Assembly: GCA_963782115.1 (NCBI GenBank)
Contig: CAWAIK010000001.1
Location: 32,001 to 96,000, forward strand
Direction: 5' to 3'
DNA: 64,000 nt
Source of the DNA: an uncultured Verrucomicrobiae bacterium
GTDB lineage: Bacteria; Verrucomicrobiota; Verrucomicrobiia; Chthoniobacterales; JAFAMB01
Positions 58,443 to 64,000 of the stretch are shown piece after piece; the first letter of the stretch is position 1, and each line of letters begins with the position of its first letter. Under the pieces are notes generated by a model that searched no databases, had not been told where the DNA came from, and saw only the letters and a list, made by a program, of their open reading frames with translations. A program made the translations under genes and the position numbers.

Positions 58443-59453
58443 CTACCCAGCCGGCCAACTCTTTGCGATCAATTCGTAGGAATGCATCCGCTGGGCGTGT
58501 CCGTAAATGGTCGTGATGACCATGAGTTCGTTCGCGCCGACCCGATTCACTTGCTCCAATAATTTTTCTCGGAGCCTTGTGGGTCCGCCGGCGAAATAGT
58601 GTAAACGCGCATAGTTCAACATTTCCTTTTCGCCTATCGAGTATTGGTAAGCGGATGCCTCTTCTGGTGAGGCTAACGGCGCGGGCCGGCCGGTCCGTAA
58701 GCGGATCCAGGCCAATTCAAAGGTGGATGCCAAGTGTTCGGCCTCCTCATCGGTTTCACCGCAGATCGCCTGGGCGGTAAGAATCGTGCGCGGTCGATCA
58801 AGCCAACGCGATGCCCGAAAGCTGGATCGATAAACGTCGAGCGCCGGCAGCGCTCCACTGGGATTGATATGATGAGCGAAGGCGAACCCCAGCCCGAAGT
58901 CCGCGGCGATCGCCGCGCCGTCCTCGGTTGATCCGAGCACCCAAATGGGTGGCAACGCGACATCATTGGGAATCACTCGAATGCTGGCAAATGGATGATT
59001 CGTTGGCAGGTCTCCTCTGCTCAGGCCGACAAGCTCAGCAAGCTGCGCTGGAAAATCTACCGCTCCGAGTCTCTCTTTGCTTCTACGCAATGCCAGCGCA
59101 GTGAGCTGATCGGTGCCGGGTGCACGACCGATACCGAGATCGATGCGGTGTGGGTACAGCGCTTCGAGCACATGAAACGTTTCCGCCACCCGCAACGGAG
59201 CGTGATTGGGAAGCATGATCCCACCAGAGCCTATCCGCATGCGTGAAGTTCGTGCGGCGATCTGTCCGATCATGATTTCCGGAGCGGTGCTCGCGACGCT
59301 CGGAATGTTGTGATGCTCGGCGACCCAAAAGCGATAGTAACCGAGCTGTTCGGCGCGTTGCGCAAGTTCCACTGTGTCGCGAACCGCTTGAGCTGCACCT
59401 TGTCCGGCCGAGATCGGCGATAAGTCCAAGACAGATAAAGGCAAACTAGCCAT
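58443..59453 (-). CDS. LLM-class flavin-dependent oxidoreductase (luciferase-like)
   Basis: [26 protein letters not shown] and DLGIGRAPG motifs. Confidence 0.93.
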   Translation of the reverse strand: MASLPLSVLDLSPISAGQGAAQAVRDTVELAQRAEQLGYYRFWVAEHHNIPSVASTAPEIMIGQIAARTSRMRIGSGGIMLPNHAPLRVAETFHVLEALYPHRIDLGIGRAPGTDQLTALALRRSKERLGAVDFPAQLAELVGLSRGDLPTNHPFASIRVIPNDVALPPIWVLGSTEDGAAIAADFGLGFAFAHHINPSGALPALDVYRSSFRASRWLDRPRTILTAQAICGETDEEAEHLASTFELAWIRLRTGRPAPLASPEEASAYQYSIGEKEMLNYARLHYFAGGPTRLREKLLEQVNRVGANELMVITTIYGHAQRMHSYELIAKSWPAG

Positions 59454-59845
59454 TGCTGAACTGTAAACGGGAATCTGGCGGCTTCGAATCAGAAAACAGG
59501 GGACAGGAATTAGAAAACAGGGGACAGGAGACAGGAGTCAGAAGACAGGAGCCAAAGGCGCTTCCGTCAGGGCAATTACGGGGGAAGCACCAGAACCAGA
59601 CCATCGTTTAGGGCATGCGGCAAGAGTAGCACGGCGTTTTGCAGCCCAACTCAACCAGCCTCGAAGCTTGGCGCTTTTGAGACGGTCCGAAGGCGGGAAA
59701 CGGATGCCTTGTCCGGACGAGGTTGCGAAGTTGGGACAAACGCTTCCCGAAAGTGAGAAATTGCAAGCTGAGCACGGGAGACGTAAGTCTGAAGAAAAAG
59801 ACATAACCAACTGAAGAGCATCGAGTTAGGCGAGATAGATAAACT

Positions 59846-59862
59846 TTGGCACCAATCTTGCT
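59846..59862 (+). promoter_or_regulatory. Consensus sigma54 promoter
   Basis: TTGGCACCAATCTTGCT fits TGGCAC-N5-TTGCT. Confidence 0.7.
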
Positions 59863-59876
59863 TTTGTATTTATTTG

Positions 59877-59993
59877 ATGAGAGAGTTATGGGCAGGTCTT
59901 CTGATGCTGATGGTTTGCGGTGCGATATATCTGCAGACTGATCCGACGATCTGGAACAACCTCTCTCAGGTTGTGGTGTGGCTTATCGGGTGA
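59877..59993 (+). CDS. Putative 38-aa membrane peptide
   Basis: Hand translation MRELWAGLLMLMVCGAIYLQTDPTIWNNLSQVVVWLIG, starting just after the sigma54 motif. Confidence 0.4.
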   Translation: MRELWAGLLMLMVCGAIYLQTDPTIWNNLSQVVVWLIG

Positions 59994-61174
59994 TCGTCAA
60001 TTTGCCTTCAACCGAATGCCGTACCTGTTGCGGCAATGCATCTTGAGTAAGGCCGCGACTAAAAGTTTTTTGGTGGTAAGTGCTTCAACGAGAATCGGTT
60101 AACAACATATGTCTATACAGCAGAACCCTACGCAGTGGATTGACGCACAGGTTCAACGTCAAATTGGTGCGACTAAAAACAGGAAAACAATCAGCCCCGC
60201 GCGATCGCCCCGGGAAGCGACACGCCTCGAACGACCGTTGAACGTACTTGGATGCCTGGCGCTGATCCATGCTGTTCGTTCGGTCGATTCCCGCGATCGC
60301 GTCCGCGTGGGTGCTCGGCGTGCGACGGTCGCGTAAAAGACCCGCCTCGGCGTGCCGACGTATCGGCTGGCCTGGACCATGAAAAGAGGTCGCTCTCTTC
60401 GAATCCGGGGGATCTGCGGTTTAAAATTCGGGTTTTGGCCGAGCGAATCACTGGTTCGTGCTCGGCAGCCCAACGGTGGGTTGTTCGAATCCAGCCGAAT
60501 CGAAATACCAGGTCTCGCTCTCCTTTTGGTTCGCACACTGTCACGGCCGACTGAAGCGGATCGGCAGCATTCTCAGAAAAACTGCGAAAATTTACAATGA
60601 TCGCCGGAGTCGGCAAACCGTCGATCCTTCGAGATTCAGGTCGCTCAGCGACCTTTGATTTGCATCGCGATTCGGCACTGGCGAAGGATCAGTCAGCCCC
60701 GACGACGTGGATTTGAACGAGATTGTGCTGCGACCCTCGGTTCAGAAAAACGACCGTTTTTTCGAACTCTCGACAAACCACGGTTTTCCCGTCGAAAACT
60801 TCCTTCTAAGGGTCTGAAATACTCGTTTCGAAAAACAATGTTCAGTTTATTCGAGTCAGATGAGTAAACTGAACTCTATCGAGGGTGGCGTGGAGCATCA
60901 CCATGAGTCGCGCTTGCGGTTGAATCCCGGTGAAAAACCAGCGCTTCACACGATATTCACGTTCTGTCTTCACCAGAGCGAATTTGAAAGGATCTGACAG
61001 CGCCCTGATTCTGTAAGGAAACCCCATCCCACATCACATCTGTCCAAAATAAGGATTCGAAGAAAATGGTCTTGGAGAGCATCGCGGCTGGGATGTGGTT
61101 CACTGACAGCACGCCGAAGTACTTGGCTTCAGGGAAATTATTGATAAAATACGAGGTCTAAGGATAGTTGAAAA

Positions 61175-61615
61175 ATGGACTTGCTCCACCCAGCCAACAC
61201 GCCAAGGCCAGCGCAGATCAATGCGGCGCTCTTAATCCTCCGAATCACCAGCGCTCTCGCTTTCCTTTACCATGGCAGCGCCATTCTGTTCGGTGCCTTC
61301 GGAGGTCCCGGACCTCAGAAATTCTCCGCCTTAATGCACATGCCGGTCGTTGTAGGGTACCTCGTGGGGCTGGCACAGGTTGGCGGCGGGTTGGCAATTC
61401 TGAGCGGCGCTCTGATTCGACTTGGCGCGGCGTGCATCATCGTAGTCATGCTCGGAGCTATCTTCTTGGTGCACCTGCCGCACGGTTTTGACGTAGGGAA
61501 GGGCGGCGCCGAATACGCTCTCATGCAACTGCTGATTGCGATTGCGCTCCTCATCACCGGCGCAGGCGCTTACTCGCTAGCGCCGCGGCTCCCAAAACCG
61601 TTGCGGAAGTTGTAA
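61175..61615 (+). CDS. DoxX family membrane protein
   Basis: LLILRI...FLYHG, VHLPHGF and GAEYAL...GAGAYS motifs. Confidence 0.9.
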   Translation: MDLLHPANTPRPAQINAALLILRITSALAFLYHGSAILFGAFGGPGPQKFSALMHMPVVVGYLVGLAQVGGGLAILSGALIRLGAACIIVVMLGAIFLVHLPHGFDVGKGGAEYALMQLLIAIALLITGAGAYSLAPRLPKPLRKL

Positions 61616-61849
61616 CTCGCCACCTGACGGAGCCCGAAAGTAATCCCGCATTCAAGGTTCACGGCGAGTCTCTCGGTGCTGGGCTGCAGCGAGCGACAGT
61701 CCTAAGAGATCCGCGACCGTCGTGTAGGCGCCAATTTAGGACCCGCCGCGCCTGGCGCGGCTTCCAGCGACGGACCTAGCGGGGGTTTTCGCTCAGCTGG
61801 TCGGCCACCCTTTCCAGGACGCGAGGCTGGGAGTAAAGCGTTCGTACCG

Positions 61850-62270
61850 GTGAGCAATAAACTGGTTACAACCAGGGCTGTCATGCTTGAGGAAGAAGGG
61901 ATGATTAAAGGGGCGCGGGCCGGCCAAGGCAAGCATGAGGCAATCGGGCGCGGCGGCAGTTGGGAAATGGCGGCAGAACTCACTGACGAACAAAAAAAGG
62001 CCGTCATCCATGTTCTCGTTTCTCGGGATCTGGTAACCGCAATCACTGGTCGGGCCGGAACCGGCAAAACGACCATGGCGAAGGAGGCGGTTAAAGCCGT
62101 CCAAACTCTCTCTCTCTGGCTGGTCAGTGATCGTTCTCGCGCCCTCAAGCGCTGCCGTCGAAACCCTCAAGGACTCGGGATTCCGCGAAGCCGATACGCT
62201 GGCAAACTTTCAGGACAAGGACTACTTGCAGGACCGCGCGAGGTCAAATCCTCTGGATCGACGGCGCACC
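61850..62270 (+). pseudogene. Second MOB-F relaxase-helicase internal fragment
   Basis: LVTTRAV...ARAGQG...GRAGTGKTTMAKEAV parallels the 15922-16476 fragment; frameshifted continuation LAPSSAAVETLKDSGF. Confidence 0.8.
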
Positions 62271-62499
62271 TCGGGGACAGGTCAGATAAGCAGGCGGAAA
62301 GCGCAAAGACCTTTCATTATTTGACCTGTCCCTGTCTCAGAAGGGGAGAAGTAGGGACAGGTCGGAAAAGGGACAGACAAATGCAACGCCCTTCAACCTT
62401 GCCCTGTGCCTTAATGTTATCTCTGCCCCGGGAAAGAGCGCGCCGGCGGCGCTGAAAATCCGGTCTATACCTCACCTATGTTTTCATTTTTCAGATTCT

Positions 62500-63690
62500 T
62501 CGGCCGTTCGAGAGACGGACCTCATCCATGCGAATCTCAGTAAGGCGAACCTCAGCAAGGCGAACCTTGACGGCGCGAACCTCATCGATTCGAATCTCAG
62601 CGGGGCGAACCTCAGCGAGACGGATCTCAGCCGTGCGGAACTCAGACAGGCTCAGACAAGCGAACCTCAGCGGGGAGAACCTCAGCGGGGCGGACCTGAT
62701 CGGGGCGAACCTCAGCGATGCGGACCTCAGTGGGGCGGACCTCAGCGAGGCGAACCTCAGCGAGGCGGACCTTAGACAGGCGGACCTCAGTGATGCGGAC
62801 CTCAATGGGGCGGACCTCAGCGAGGCGAACCTCAGCGAGGCGGACCTCAGACAGGCGGACCTCAGTGGGGCGAACCTCAGCAAGGCGAACCTTGACGGCG
62901 CCAACCTCCGCGGCGCGAATCTCAGTGGCGTAGATCTTAGCGGAGCGAATCTGAATAGAACTGAATTGATCAGAACCGATATTAGCGGCGCAAACCATAC
63001 TGGAAGTTCGATTTATGGAATTGCCGCTTGGGACGTGAAACTAACAAGTGGTACGCGACAGGAGAATCTGATCATTACTCCTCCAGGTGAACCCGTTGTC
63101 ATGGTAGACAACATCAAAGTTGCTCAATTCATCTACCTGCTCCTCAACAACGAAGAAATTCGCGATGTCATTGACACAATTACTTCGAAAGCAGTGTTGA
63201 TCCTCGGTCGCTTTTCTGACGACCGAAAACCGATTCTTAATGCTCTCCGGGACGCATTACGCGACAAAGGTTTTCTGCCGATAGTTTTTGATTTTGAACG
63301 TCCAAAAGGACGCGATTTTAGGGAAACTATTATGACCTTGGCGGGGATGTCCTGCTTCGTCATAGCTGATATTACTAATCCAAGATCGGCACCGCTTGAA
63401 CTTCACGCGACGTTCCAGACTATATGATTCCGTTTGTACCGATTCTTCAAGACAGCGAGTCGGCGTTTTCAATGTTCGCGAATCTCCAAACAAAATATGA
63501 CTGGGTTCTTGACTCCCTCGTGTACGATTCTTCTCAGAGTTTAATTGACGTTTTGGATGACGCGGTAATAAATCTTGCTCTGAAAAAACGTCACGAATTA
63601 GAGTTAAGAAAAGCGCGAAATACACCAACCCGACACGTTAGTGACTATCGCAAGCACCCCAAAGATGGTCCAATGAAAACGGGTTCCTAG
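62500..63690 (+). pseudogene. Pentapeptide-repeat protein with C-terminal TIR/NDT-like domain, frameshifted
   Basis: A(D/N)LS repeats, then AVLILGRF...FVIADITNPRSAPLEL. Frameshifts near 62645 (CTCAGACA duplication) and near 63412. Confidence 0.75.
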
Positions 63691-64000
63691 TAGCAGCTAG
63701 CTAGAATAGGGCTTTCCAGGGCAGAATCAAAGCGGTGAAGATCATAGGGATTTTGTTGCAGGAGTCCGCTTAAAGATCCCGCCCCACCATGCCGTCCGCC
63801 GTTTGCTTTTCGGATTCACTAGCTTTTCCCCGATTGCCTGCGGATCTTGAGTTCGAGTTTTGCGCGTCGTCTGCTGTTTCTGTTCACTTCATTGCGTTCC
63901 AGGCTTCGATCACCATTGCTTCCGCCCAGGTTGGAATCGGACTATTAGTTTTCCGACTGGTTTTGACTGCCGCATACACGATTCCGCGGAAACGGTCGAT

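Noticed and set aside
60085..61030. Several short overlapping ORFs
   Set aside because: No recognisable domains and conflicting frames; left unannotated
62491..62998. Repetitive antisense and alternate-frame ORFs
   Set aside because: Shadows of the 15-bp pentapeptide repeat

Overview
A 64-kb bacterial chromosomal segment. The gene content and intergenic repeat style suggest a soil Verrucomicrobia (Chthoniobacterales-like) genome; this is an inference. Left end: the edge of an island with a Panacea (DUF4065) antitoxin and a coupled putative toxin, a 5'-half tRNA-Cys att-like scar and an integrase remnant. Next come a sigma54-type Kdp locus (HAMP histidine kinase, truncated response regulator, two small membrane ORFs including kdpF, kdpABC, stand-alone KdpD-USP) and an SSS transporter pair. 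A decayed MOB-F mobile element (~12.8-19.3 kb) carries an IS256 scar, three iteron-like repeats, DUF1643, a frameshifted relaxase, a RIT scar and an HTH gene. A non-phosphorylative L-arabinose/pentose pathway is split in two by an sbcDC-bioB-SMI1 block. Then a Pro/Thr tandem-repeat autotransporter-like protein, a divergent porin / APC-permease / PP2C-Ser/Thr-kinase module behind a sigma54 motif, an incomplete malonate decarboxylase operon (mdcA, mdcG, mdcH), HtrA with a two-component system, an LLM oxidoreductase and DoxX. The right end holds a second relaxase remnant and a frameshifted pentapeptide/TIR-like gene. No rRNA, intact tRNA or CRISPR-Cas was seen. The best candidate for an undescribed system is the porin-APC-phosphatase/kinase module, possibly tied to K+ homeostasis. 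All family calls are by motif recognition, not database search.
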